Below are positions 37,472-47,059 of a stretch of 47,059 bases of DNA, in pieces. How positions within the stretch are numbered: position 1 is the first letter of the stretch; each line of letters begins with the position of its first letter. Origin of the DNA: a bacterium (GTDB taxonomy: Bacteria > Patescibacteriota > Microgenomatia > Levybacterales > UBA12049); NCBI GenBank assembly GCA_021780675.1, contig JAJXYH010000019.1, positions 1 through 47,059 of the forward strand. The letters are read 5' to 3'. Under the pieces are notes generated by a model. The model searched no databases. It was given only the letters and a program-made list of their open reading frames with translations, and was not told the DNA's origin. Position numbers and translations under genes: made by a program.

Positions 37472-39235
37472 TTATTTAAATTTTATTATATATTTTGATG
37501 AAAAAAATAAAGAAATTAAAATAATAAATGATAGAAAGCTTGTAAGGTTTCCAATATTTATAATGTTAGTATTTTCAAATTTAGCCTCAATTATATATAA
37601 CCCAGGTTTTAAATTAAATGATATAGCCCCAAATTTTAATGGGTTTTCAATGTTTAAATGTATAGGTTTACCATTAGCATAAACATTCCATCCCGGAAAA
37701 TAATATGTATTATCAATGATATTTAAGTTTGTTGATGCTGATACTATGTATTTATGTAATATTGGCGTTCTCTCAATTTCTTTATATTGTCCTTTACCTG
37801 AAATAATTACTAAATGAGATTTTGGATGGTTTAAAACTAAGGTATCAGCTATAGGTAAACGTGTATTTAATCTATGAAGATACAATGGATTATTAGGTTT
37901 AAAATATTCACTATACATAATCCAAGTGTTCTGATATTCATTTGGATTGGGCGGAACCATTTTCCGATTTCCCCAATTTAAAACAGTGGACAATACTACA
38001 AATAGGCAAAATAGTATTAATATTTTATTATTCCATTTTTTTACAATAAATGCTGATAAAAACGATGTAAAAAAGGCAATTGGTATTAGCATCCTCCATG
38101 GTAAAACAAAGGATTTAAAGAAAAATATATTATTCCATAATGGTGCTGTAAAAGATAGCATCATGCAAAAACTTATAAATGTAAATAGTAAAATTAAAGT
38201 TACTGCTAAGGTCTCTTTTTTAGGAAATTTTGATTTTATTAATAAAATAGTTCCTAAAATAAATATAAATAGATGGGGGTATCCAACGATTAATCTTAGT
38301 TCTCCTTGATTGCCTTGAAATAATAAACCATATCTTGCAGGGGAGAATAAATAGTACCAAATGGGGAAAAAGGCTTCTTTGGTGTATTTTACCACAACAT
38401 TAGGGTTATACCAGGTATATTTTATTTCAGATAGTGCTGGGAAAACATAATAAGCAGTTAACCCGGCTCCCAAGACACAGGCAATAATTAAATGTACTAA
38501 CTGTTTTTTGTCTTTTAATTTAAATAGAGCGTATAAAATAGACAGAGGGATTATCATAAAAGCACTACTGGAATGTGCAAGCGTAAGTAATAGTAAATTA
38601 ATTGCAAATAAACTGACATATATATTTTTGCCATCAGCTATTTTTTTGGCAAATAAGAAACTTAAAGGAATAAAAATAAACGCTGCATCTGTTCCAACAG
38701 ACACTCTAAAATGCATTTCTATAAAGCGTATTGGAGCAAAAAGATAGAGCAGTGATGCAACAAAAGCAGATTTATCACCATATTCATCCTTAATAAATAA
38801 ATACATTGTAATACCTGAAAGAATGTATGAAGAAGCAAGGAAAAGCTTCATACTGTTGATAAATGAAAATCCGATAAAGTGGAAAACTGATCCAATATAG
38901 AATGGAAGCATATATTCAAACATGAAGTTAGGGCAACCATATCCTCCGCAAAAATCAGCACCCCAGCGTGGCACTAATATTCCTAATTTTAGATTATTGT
39001 AAAATCCTTGAAGGTAAGCGCTGTGTAAAGATAGATCACCTGCTTGATAAGTCCCCTCTCTGAAAATACTTATTATTGGTAATATCGAAATTAAGATTAG
39101 TAAAAAAAATAAATTTATCTTTTTTTTGGGATATATAAATTTATAAAATAAAATTGATAAACCTAATAATGTGGAAAACAGAAGGCTAGCAAAAACCATT
39201 CTGTAAGGATCAGGGTATAATAGATTCATTATCAT
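37472..39235 (-). CDS. PTPS-related / YfhO-like GT-C membrane protein, paralog A
   Basis: GDL..H, PRW....GGYG.P.F.F, LYLFAP, YFPGW.VYANGK, L.PG.Y. Confidence 0.75.
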   Translation of the reverse strand: MIMNLLYPDPYRMVFASLLFSTLLGLSILFYKFIYPKKKINLFFLLILISILPIISIFREGTYQAGDLSLHSAYLQGFYNNLKLGILVPRWGADFCGGYGCPNFMFEYMLPFYIGSVFHFIGFSFINSMKLFLASSYILSGITMYLFIKDEYGDKSAFVASLLYLFAPIRFIEMHFRVSVGTDAAFIFIPLSFLFAKKIADGKNIYVSLFAINLLLLTLAHSSSAFMIIPLSILYALFKLKDKKQLVHLIIACVLGAGLTAYYVFPALSEIKYTWYNPNVVVKYTKEAFFPIWYYLFSPARYGLLFQGNQGELRLIVGYPHLFIFILGTILLIKSKFPKKETLAVTLILLFTFISFCMMLSFTAPLWNNIFFFKSFVLPWRMLIPIAFFTSFLSAFIVKKWNNKILILFCLFVVLSTVLNWGNRKMVPPNPNEYQNTWIMYSEYFKPNNPLYLHRLNTRLPIADTLVLNHPKSHLVIISGKGQYKEIERTPILHKYIVSASTNLNIIDNTYYFPGWNVYANGKPIHLNIENPLKFGAISFNLKPGLYIIEAKFENTNIINIGNLTSFLSFIILISLFFSSKYIIKFK

Positions 39236-40050
39236 TTAATTGATTTTATTACAGTTACCCAACAATATTTTCTTAAAAAAGGAAAAGTCCAAAGAATTTC
39301 ATTATCTAACCAATATAATACCTTAAAACTTAATTTATATTTGTCTGCATCGGAAATAATTTTTTTCCAATATCTAATTTTGTTAGGATTATATCTTTTG
39401 ACAAAATAGAACCATAGGAAAATTAAAAGTGTAGTGAAATGAAACTCTTCATGTTCAGTTTTGGGAAAATATTTACTTACCAATTTTAAATTGTCATTAC
39501 TTAGCGGATGTTCATGATCTGTTCGTACTTTGTTAGCAATTACTCTATAAACATTAATAATAGGGTTGTAGGTTAGCGGTTCTGAAAATACTGCTACTCC
39601 GTTAGGTTTTAATACACGTTTAACTTCTTTTATAGATTTTGTAATATCGACATGATGTAGGATATTACATCCTAATACAAAATCAAAATTATTGGTTTTA
39701 AAATCTAGTTTTTCTGCAGATACTTTATGGTATTTAATTCTTTTTTGAACACGATACCTTTTCGCTAATTTTTTTGTCATGTCTAACATTTTCTGAGAAA
39801 TATCAATTGCCATAACATTTGCACCTTTTATAGCTAAATAAACTGCTTCTTCACCTAGTCCACATCCAAGGTTTAATATATATTTATCCTTAATTGGTCC
39901 GAGTAATTCAATAGCTCGTTTATATTCAGGAGAGGTTATTCCTTCAAACTGTTTTATAACGTCAATCTCAGAAGGTTTAACAGATAGAGCCCATTCATCA
40001 TGAAATTCTTCTTCCGATTTATTATTTTTTTTCTTTTTTATACCTTGCAT
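39232..40050 (-). CDS. Class I SAM-dependent methyltransferase
   Basis: ILNLGCGLG, IDIS, FDFV, LHH, RVLKPNG. Confidence 0.9.
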   Translation of the reverse strand: MQGIKKKKNNKSEEEFHDEWALSVKPSEIDVIKQFEGITSPEYKRAIELLGPIKDKYILNLGCGLGEEAVYLAIKGANVMAIDISQKMLDMTKKLAKRYRVQKRIKYHKVSAEKLDFKTNNFDFVLGCNILHHVDITKSIKEVKRVLKPNGVAVFSEPLTYNPIINVYRVIANKVRTDHEHPLSNDNLKLVSKYFPKTEHEEFHFTTLLIFLWFYFVKRYNPNKIRYWKKIISDADKYKLSFKVLYWLDNEILWTFPFLRKYCWVTVIKSIK

Positions 40051-40652
40051 ATTGCTCCAAACTGAACAGCCATTTTTGAGTTTATAATTCTTTTTTCAAC
40101 AATAGTGAAATGTTTATTAATTAATTTAATTTTGTCTTTTTCCAACCTTACATATTTACCTCGATCTAATTTAGCTAGTAGCATCTTAAACAAGTTTGGG
40201 GGGTTTGGAATTATATCAGCAATTATTACAATTTTTTTGGCTCTTTTTTTTGCAGCAAGAAGAATATTATTTACTTCTTGATCTGAAAAATGATGCAACA
40301 TTGATATAAGCAATACGGCATCGTATTTTGAAATTTTTGTATTTTTTAATGAATCTTCTATTCTAAATTTACGTGTTTTTGTTTTGTATTTATTTTTAGC
40401 ATACATAATATATTTAGGACTTATATCAGTACCCAAATATTTTATGTTTTTTGGACATGCTTCTGAAAAATCACCTGTTCCACACCCTAAATCATAAACA
40501 GAATTACATTTATATTTTTTTATATTATCGTACACAAATTTTTTTGTATTTTTTTGATCACCCGCTAAGAAGAACCTTATATTGTTAAATAAGGTTGGGT
40601 TGTCTAGTAAAAAGTCACTAAACTTATTAAAAATAACAGTAAATAAATTCAT
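40038..40652 (-). CDS. Class I SAM-dependent methyltransferase
   Basis: VYDLGCGTG, GTDIS, YDAV, MLHHF. Confidence 0.88.
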   Translation of the reverse strand: MNLFTVIFNKFSDFLLDNPTLFNNIRFFLAGDQKNTKKFVYDNIKKYKCNSVYDLGCGTGDFSEACPKNIKYLGTDISPKYIMYAKNKYKTKTRKFRIEDSLKNTKISKYDAVLLISMLHHFSDQEVNNILLAAKKRAKKIVIIADIIPNPPNLFKMLLAKLDRGKYVRLEKDKIKLINKHFTIVEKRIINSKMAVQFGAICKV

Positions 40653-40655
40653 TTG

Positions 40656-42428
40656 TTATCTTGTATCCCTAATTTTTTGAATAAGTATTATGGAATTATA
40701 TCTAAGTTTGTTAAAAAATAAAATACCAATTATGAATATAAACGCAGTTACTGTAATAGTTTTTGCCTGCTTAATTATAAATGTATCCTCGAATTTTAGT
40801 TGAAGATCGTAGAGACCAGGTTTTAGTTTAAATTCAATTGTGCCTTTGGGATTTGTTTTGGAAACTTCAATCGGATTAAGTTTATTATTTACATATAAGT
40901 TCCAACCGGGGAAATATAATGTATCTTCTCTAAAAGTTGTATTTTTTATTACAGCTACTGCATATTCATGGTAGTTTGTTGATCTAGATATCTGCTTAAC
41001 TTCTGCTTGTCCTGAAATAATTTCTAAATGATATTTAGGAATTTTATTTTCCCATGTATTATTAGGGTTTGTCCAGATAGGAGCGGCTTGTCCCAGTCCT
41101 GCGCCGTCTGCAGTACTTAATGATAAATTTTTTAGTATAGTTGAGTCGTTAATTTGAGGAATTACATTTCTGTTTCCCCAATTTAGAATGGTTGAGAAAA
41201 CAGTAAAAGCAAGAATTAAAATTAGCAAGTAGTTATTTTTTAGTTTATAAAGAGTAATGGCGGCTAAAACAGAAGTGGGGATAGAAACAATGAGAAGCAA
41301 ACGGTAAACAAATTGGAAATGTCTAATAAACGGGATTATATGCCAAAGAGGTGTCGAAATACTTTGCATCATAAAAAAATAGCCTGCAAATAATAGTAAA
41401 AATAATTTAATTAATGGTTTATGTTTAGAATTAAATTTATTAGTAAATAAAAGGTAAACAGCATAAATTAGAATTAAAATTTGGGTATATCCCAAAATAA
41501 AAGATAATTCTCCTTGATGTCCCTGGAATAAAAAGCCAAATCTCCATGGCGAGAAAATAAAGTCCAAGAATCTTGGAAATGAAACTATTGTAATATCTGC
41601 TTGCTGTGTGAATTTTATTAAAGAAATCGTAGGAAGCCAGAAAGAAGCAGAAAGCATTGCGCCGATTGCTAAAGACAGAAAGCTATTGATAAGTTGTTTA
41701 ATGTTTCTTTTTTTAAGCCGATACCAGTAAAACAACATGTAAGCTAAAATTAACGGTGGAGCTGCAATTGCGATTGCAGGATGGGAAATTATTAGTGCAG
41801 CAAAAAATATTGCTTGTAAAGCAAAAAACTTTACTGAGCTTTTTTCTATAAACTTTTTTGCCAAATATAAATTTATAGGTAATATGGCAAAGGCTAACAT
41901 CTCCCCGATATCAGAGCGAAAATGCATGTCTACCAAGTGATAGGGAACAAACAAATAAAAAATGGACGCTATAAACGCAGCTTTTTCATTTAACTCACCT
42001 TTAATCCAGATAAACATACCTATACCTGAGGTTATAAAAGATAATGCAATTAATAATTTTGTTGCGGTTACAAAAGAGAAGCCAATAAAATGAAATAAAG
42101 AAATAATATAATAAGGCAAAGAGTAGATAAACATAAATGCAGGAAAACCGAAAGTAGCATTTAACTGTCCTGCCCATCTTGGAATTAATATGCCTTCAGT
42201 TAGAGATTTATAAAAACTTATAGATTGTGTAATGTGAACCCAAAGGTCTCCGCTTTCATAGACACCCGGTCTAAAAATGCTCCAAACAGGAAGAAGAGAA
42301 ATTAGAATTAGCAGGAAAAAGAGATTAATTTGTTTTTTAGGATAAATATATTTATAGATTATTAGCGCTGTGCCTAAAATAATTGAAAGGCTTAAATTGA
42401 TAAAACTTAATGCATAAGGGTTGATCAT
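40656..42428 (-). CDS. PTPS-related / YfhO-like GT-C membrane protein, paralog B
   Basis: Same motif set as 37472-39235 (GDL..H, PRWAG, FYLFVPY, YFPGW). Confidence 0.75.
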   Translation of the reverse strand: MINPYALSFINLSLSIILGTALIIYKYIYPKKQINLFFLLILISLLPVWSIFRPGVYESGDLWVHITQSISFYKSLTEGILIPRWAGQLNATFGFPAFMFIYSLPYYIISLFHFIGFSFVTATKLLIALSFITSGIGMFIWIKGELNEKAAFIASIFYLFVPYHLVDMHFRSDIGEMLAFAILPINLYLAKKFIEKSSVKFFALQAIFFAALIISHPAIAIAAPPLILAYMLFYWYRLKKRNIKQLINSFLSLAIGAMLSASFWLPTISLIKFTQQADITIVSFPRFLDFIFSPWRFGFLFQGHQGELSFILGYTQILILIYAVYLLFTNKFNSKHKPLIKLFLLLFAGYFFMMQSISTPLWHIIPFIRHFQFVYRLLLIVSIPTSVLAAITLYKLKNNYLLILILAFTVFSTILNWGNRNVIPQINDSTILKNLSLSTADGAGLGQAAPIWTNPNNTWENKIPKYHLEIISGQAEVKQISRSTNYHEYAVAVIKNTTFREDTLYFPGWNLYVNNKLNPIEVSKTNPKGTIEFKLKPGLYDLQLKFEDTFIIKQAKTITVTAFIFIIGILFFNKLRYNSIILIQKIRDTR

Positions 42429-42523
42429 AAATTTTAGGTTATTTTACTACATTTTAACCTTAAGAAAACATGCAATATCTTCCCTAAACTAGGAGCGGAT
42501 ATTGTATAATCGCTATAACAAAA

Positions 42524-45085
42524 ATGAAAGCATCTGTTATTGTAACTGTTTATAATGAAGAAAATACAATTACCCGTTTTTTGGAGTCTGTTAATAAACA
42601 GACGGAAGTTCCCGATGAGGTAGTTATTGTTGATGGAAGCTCTAAAGATTCAACGGTTAAAAAAATAAATGAGTTTATAAATAGACATAAGAAATTAAAT
42701 ATCCGTCTTGTTGTAAAGGCAGGAAACAGGTCCGTTGGAAGAAATACTGCTATAAAAAATGCCAGGAACGAAATAATAGCAATTTCCGATTCGGGAAACA
42801 TTTTAGATAGGGATTGGCTTAAAAACATTGTTAAACCGTTTAAAAATAAAAAAACAGACGTAGTTGCGGGGTATTATAAAGGGGAAGCTAAAAATATTTT
42901 TCAGAGATGCTTAATTCCGTATGTATTGGTAATGCCTGATAAAGTAAATAAAGATAATTTCTTACCAGCCACAAGGTCCATGGCAATTAAAAAATCGGTT
43001 TGGAAAAGGTCGGGAGGGTTTAATGAAAAATTGTCCCATAACGAAGACTATGAATTCGCAAATAGGCTTAAAGCTAAAGGTGCAAATATAGTTTTTGAGC
43101 AGACAGCAATAGCTAACTGGATCCCAAGACAAAACTTAAAACAAGCTTTTATAATGTTTTTTAGATTTGCGCTAGGAGACATAGAGGCAGGAATTTATAG
43201 AGAAAAGGTTGTTTATAAATTTTTAACTTATCTTTTTGCATTTTATCTTTTAGGTCTAAGCATAATAATGAGATCCATAGTTTTATGGGTTTTTTATATT
43301 TTATTAATCGGCTCGTATTTATTCTGGTCGGTTGTAAAAAATTATAAGTATGTTAAAAATCCTAAGGCATTTTTTATACTGCCTATGTTGCAGATTACTT
43401 CCGACATAGCAGTTTTAGCAGGTTCAAGTACAGGGCTATTAAAATTATTTTCTTTAAAAGGATGGATAAAAGCAGCATTAAACAATAAAGGTGTAATTTT
43501 GATAATTATCGGATATGTTATTTTAACTTTGTCGGTTATCAACTGGGGCATACCGGGAGTAAGCCACCCCTTTACATATCACATGGATGAATGGCATTTT
43601 TCGCAAGCTCTTAGGACCTTCGTAAAGTACGGAACAGGTTCTTACAGCGGAGCTGCCAGTATTCCGCTTTACCATATTATTTCCACTTATATATTTTTGG
43701 CTCCGTTTTTTATACTTCACATATTCAATCCATTTTTAATTAAATCATCGCTTGAAAATTTAAGCCTACAAACAACATTTTTCCAGATTTTAAGACTGCA
43801 CACGTTATTTTACGGGGTTTTATCAACCGGTATGATGTATTTGATATTAAAACGCTTTATTAAGTTTAAACCGTTAATTTTTACTACGCTTTTTGTATTT
43901 ACGCCGATTTGGATAGTACTTAGCAATTATTATAAATACGATATAACTTTAAATTTTTGGATAATAACGACCATATATTACTTATTTAAATTTTATGATT
44001 CACATAAATTTAGCAATTATATATTTGCCGGAGTTTCCTGCGCGCTTGCATTATCCACAAAATTTACCGCAGCGCCACTTTTTGCAATGTATATATTTTC
44101 CTACTTTTTATTTTCCGACAAAATTAAATTTAAAGACTTAATAATTTCGTCTGTAATGGTTCTATTTATATTTTCGCTGGCGGGAATTCCGGACATGCTG
44201 CTTTTAAAAGGTAATTATTACGAGCTTCTTAACGCAACATTAATAAGAGGGCCTAAGGATACTACAAATTACATTTTACAAACTTTTTCACAATTTTTCT
44301 TATTATTTGAAGAGTTTCCGCAAATATTTGGATATTTCTTAACAATATTTAGCTATGGAGCAGTTATTTACTGGTTTTATGTTTTAATAAAAGAATTTTT
44401 TAATAAGAAGTTATTCAATTATAAGTTGGAAATATTTTTAATAGTATCTCTTATTGCATATTTAATTCCTACAATAAGTTTTGGCGTTGATGCGGGCGGA
44501 AACAGGTCTTTAGTAATGCTTCCATTTATGATACTTATTTTAAGTTTGTTTTTTAAGAATATTGTTAAAAGAAATAAGTCATACAATAAATTTATAATTA
44601 TAATTGTTATACTGGGAATTTTTCTGCAACTTAGCCAGTCTTTAAGCTGGCAGTCTGTAAAACTACTGCAAGATCCAAGAGTTAAATCCTCCGAATGGAT
44701 AGCTAGAAATATTCCTAAAGGAGCTACAATTGGGGTGGAGAATATCCCGATTTACCAATTTTTGCCAAATCTGGTGCTTAAAGAATTCTACGAAAAACAA
44801 TACGGATTAAAAGGTAATTATTTATATAACTATCAAGTTATTAGCGCTGCTGATAATAAATTGCCTAAATATATTATTATTAGCAATGCGGATGTGGAAA
44901 GTAAGTATCTTAAGTCTTCTCCCAAAATTGACATTCTAAAAGATATTTCCCAAAAAAATTATATTAAAATTGCTGAGTTTAATTCGGATTTTAAATTTTA
45001 CAAAATTTTTGGAAATGATCTTTCTTATTTTATTTCCGGAATTCTACCATCTGTAAGTTCCATAAGCGTTTACGAAAAATTATAA
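42524..45085 (+). CDS. GT2 glycosyltransferase fused to a GT-C membrane domain
   Basis: N-terminal SVIVTVYNE, VDGSSKD, GRN, GGFNE, EDYE; C-half NWGIP...YHMDE, KYD, STK with many TM helices. Confidence 0.85.
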   Translation: MKASVIVTVYNEENTITRFLESVNKQTEVPDEVVIVDGSSKDSTVKKINEFINRHKKLNIRLVVKAGNRSVGRNTAIKNARNEIIAISDSGNILDRDWLKNIVKPFKNKKTDVVAGYYKGEAKNIFQRCLIPYVLVMPDKVNKDNFLPATRSMAIKKSVWKRSGGFNEKLSHNEDYEFANRLKAKGANIVFEQTAIANWIPRQNLKQAFIMFFRFALGDIEAGIYREKVVYKFLTYLFAFYLLGLSIIMRSIVLWVFYILLIGSYLFWSVVKNYKYVKNPKAFFILPMLQITSDIAVLAGSSTGLLKLFSLKGWIKAALNNKGVILIIIGYVILTLSVINWGIPGVSHPFTYHMDEWHFSQALRTFVKYGTGSYSGAASIPLYHIISTYIFLAPFFILHIFNPFLIKSSLENLSLQTTFFQILRLHTLFYGVLSTGMMYLILKRFIKFKPLIFTTLFVFTPIWIVLSNYYKYDITLNFWIITTIYYLFKFYDSHKFSNYIFAGVSCALALSTKFTAAPLFAMYIFSYFLFSDKIKFKDLIISSVMVLFIFSLAGIPDMLLLKGNYYELLNATLIRGPKDTTNYILQTFSQFFLLFEEFPQIFGYFLTIFSYGAVIYWFYVLIKEFFNKKLFNYKLEIFLIVSLIAYLIPTISFGVDAGGNRSLVMLPFMILILSLFFKNIVKRNKSYNKFIIIIVILGIFLQLSQSLSWQSVKLLQDPRVKSSEWIARNIPKGATIGVENIPIYQFLPNLVLKEFYEKQYGLKGNYLYNYQVISAADNKLPKYIIISNADVESKYLKSSPKIDILKDISQKNYIKIAEFNSDFKFYKIFGNDLSYFISGILPSVSSISVYEKL

Positions 45086-45094
45086 ATAAACAAT

Positions 45095-45928
45095 ATGAGC
45101 ATAAAAAGCGATGTCTTTGATGATTATTATTATTCCCACGTCTGTCTTGGCAGCGAGGAGTTTAAAAAAAGTAATGGTTTGTCTTTAAATCCAAAAGTTA
45201 AAAACATGCTTGATAAACTTCGTTTAACTTCGAATATGAACGTACTTGAAATAGGCTGTGGAAGGGGAGACAGCGCTATTTATATGGCAAGAAAAGTAAA
45301 ATCCGTGACGGCCATTGATTATTCCAAGAGTGCTATAAAAATTGCGAATAAGATTAAATCAATTTCCGATAAAAAAACAAAAGAAAAAATAAATTTTTAC
45401 GTAATGGAAGCAAGCAAGTTAACGTTTGAGTCCAATAAGTTTGACATGGTCATAATGGTTGATACAATAGACCATTTTAATAAGAAGGAATTAAATAAGG
45501 TAATGTCTGAAATTAGAAGAGTGCTAAAACCGGGAGGAAAATTGTTTGTAAAAACTTGTGCTAATAAAATATTGCTGGATAAAACTTATAAGTACTACAT
45601 TTACCCGCTAAATAGATTAATAACATATCTGGATATGAAGATTAAAAATACAAAATATAACTCTTTACCCAGGTTTTCAAGGACAAAAGAAGCAAAAGAG
45701 CAACATGTTAATGAAATGGACTATTTTTATTTAAGGAACTTAATGAGTAAGTTTGGATTTTCGGGAAAAATATGGTCTGAAGTGGGTTTTTTGACGGAAG
45801 AAAAGAGTATTAGAAGCAAAATCTATAATTTTGTGGTTACCTTTGATCCATTGTCGTATCATTTTCCTCTTAATATATTTTTTGCCCATTCCTTTTTTGT
45901 TCTTGCTGTTAAACGTAATACCACCTAA
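45095..45928 (+). CDS. Class I SAM-dependent methyltransferase
   Basis: VLEIGCGRG, IDYS, FDMV, RVLKPGG, HVNE. Confidence 0.9.
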   Translation: MSIKSDVFDDYYYSHVCLGSEEFKKSNGLSLNPKVKNMLDKLRLTSNMNVLEIGCGRGDSAIYMARKVKSVTAIDYSKSAIKIANKIKSISDKKTKEKINFYVMEASKLTFESNKFDMVIMVDTIDHFNKKELNKVMSEIRRVLKPGGKLFVKTCANKILLDKTYKYYIYPLNRLITYLDMKIKNTKYNSLPRFSRTKEAKEQHVNEMDYFYLRNLMSKFGFSGKIWSEVGFLTEEKSIRSKIYNFVVTFDPLSYHFPLNIFFAHSFFVLAVKRNTT

Positions 45929-45971
45929 ATGCATAAATGAGCCTGACATGTTATACTATTAAGGCTAAATT

Positions 45972-47059
45972 ATGGGATATACCAAGAGTGCAATTAGGGG
46001 TATTTCGTGGATGACGGCGCTTCAGACTGTTATTAGAATATTTACATTCTTAAAAATTGCCGTTTTAGCAAGAGTATTAACTCCTGATCAGTTTGGAATT
46101 TTTGGAATTGCCGCATTAGTTTTAGCACTTTTGGAAATATTAACGGAGACAGGAATAAACGTAATTCTTATCCAGTCCAAGGAGTCGATAGAAAAATATT
46201 TAGATTCTGCCTGGGTTGCTTCGATTATAAGAGGAATAGTTATTTGTTTAGGAATAATAATTTTTTCCCCCCTTATTATTACTTTTTTTAATACACCGCA
46301 GGCCTTAGGTATTATATTACTTATTAGCCTTGCGCCACTTATAAAAGGGTTTATAAACCCTGCGGAAATAGTTTTTCAGAAGGAATTAAGGTTCGGTAAC
46401 GAATTCTGGTTTAGAACATCTCTTTATTTTGCAGATGCGCTTGCTGCCATAGCTGTAGCTATTTTGACTCATTCGGTTTATAGTTTGGCAGTAGGTTTAA
46501 TATTTGCAGCAATTGTTGAAGTAATTTTGTCGTTTAGCTTAATTAAATTAAGGCCAAAATTAAGATTTAACAAAGAGTATTTAATGGAGATCTTCCATAA
46601 AGGAAAGTGGGTTACGGGTTTTGGGATTTTTAATTATTTTGGAGAAAATAGCGATAATATTATCGTTGCAAGGCTTTTAGGGACAACACCTTTGGGTATA
46701 TACCAGATGGCATATAGAGTGTCTATTATACCTATTACAGAAGTTTCGGACGTAGTTAATAAAGTAATTTTCCCTGTTTATTCAAAGATCAGTAACGAAA
46801 AACAGAGACTTATTTCTGCCTTTTTAAAAACATTCTCAATTAACACTTTAGGTACGATTATTTTAGGTTTAATTATTCTTCTGTTTCCAAAAGAAATCAT
46901 AAGCATTGTTTTGGGCAGTCAATGGTTGGGGGCAGTTGATGTACTAAGGGTACTGGCAATTTTTGGCATTACGCGCGCAATAACGTCTCCTTTCTCCGTG
47001 ATTATTCTATCCACCGGAAATCAAAAGTATATGACTTTAGTTACTTTTGTAAGGCTCTT
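45972..47059 (+). CDS. Polysaccharide flippase (Wzx/WzxC, PST family), runs off the window edge
   Basis: Not in the ORF track. Manual translation from ATG 45972: MGYTKSAIRGISW...LARVLTPDQFGIFG...LIQ...FQKELRF...DNIIVARLLG...LGIYQMAY...VIFPVYSK. Confidence 0.9.
   Translation, partial: MGYTKSAIRGISWMTALQTVIRIFTFLKIAVLARVLTPDQFGIFGIAALVLALLEILTETGINVILIQSKESIEKYLDSAWVASIIRGIVICLGIIIFSPLIITFFNTPQALGIILLISLAPLIKGFINPAEIVFQKELRFGNEFWFRTSLYFADALAAIAVAILTHSVYSLAVGLIFAAIVEVILSFSLIKLRPKLRFNKEYLMEIFHKGKWVTGFGIFNYFGENSDNIIVARLLGTTPLGIYQMAYRVSIIPITEVSDVVNKVIFPVYSKISNEKQRLISAFLKTFSINTLGTIILGLIILLFPKEIISIVLGSQWLGAVDVLRVLAIFGITRAITSPFSVIILSTGNQKYMTLVTFVRL

Noticed and set aside
1885-45949. Many short antisense or off-frame ORFs overlapping recognised genes (for example 10089-10613, 16742-17185, 17581-18141, 37947-38309)
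   Set aside because: They overlap well-supported genes and show no motifs or expression signals.
34019-47059. tRNA-anchored integrative element
   Set aside because: No integrase seen and no repeat of the tRNA 3' end found by eye within the window.
1-47059. CRISPR arrays, IS elements, prophage genes, inteins or introns
   Set aside because: No regularly spaced repeats, transposase or phage motifs seen, and the core genes have normal lengths.

Overview
AT-rich bacterial chromosome segment, standard genetic code (TGA is used as a stop). Gene content suggests a Patescibacteria/CPR genome of Microgenomates type (inference from N-terminally short Mur ligases, a minimal FtsQ, scarce Shine-Dalgarno sites and many GT-C enzymes). 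In order: (1) a partial PilB/GspE-type ATPase and a Crp/Fnr regulator; (2) a dcw cluster mraZ-rsmH-ftsL-ftsI-murF-[DUF192 antisense]-murE-murC-murA-glmU(N-domain only)-mraY-ftsW-murG-ftsQ-like-ftsA-ftsZ with MraZ boxes; (3) a TasA/CalY-like fibre gene followed by a SipW peptidase fused to a second SipW-type signal peptide and passenger domains; (4) GT-C glycosyltransferases; (5) dus, ileS with a non-canonical AVHH motif, rodA, rplU, rpmA, orphan parB, lepB and tRNA-Val(CAC); (6) a nonsense pseudogene; (7) a surface-glycan island (GT4, acyltransferase, two PTPS-related membrane paralogs, three methyltransferases, GT2/GT-C fusion, flippase). The best candidate for an undescribed system is the TasA-like gene plus the SipW-substrate fusion, whose C-terminal 'GTCS' domain recurs in a stand-alone membrane protein at 1955-2443. 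Many genes appear leaderless (TATAAT-7 nt-ATG). No CRISPR array, rRNA gene or transposase was seen. All calls come from motif reading by eye; no searches were run.
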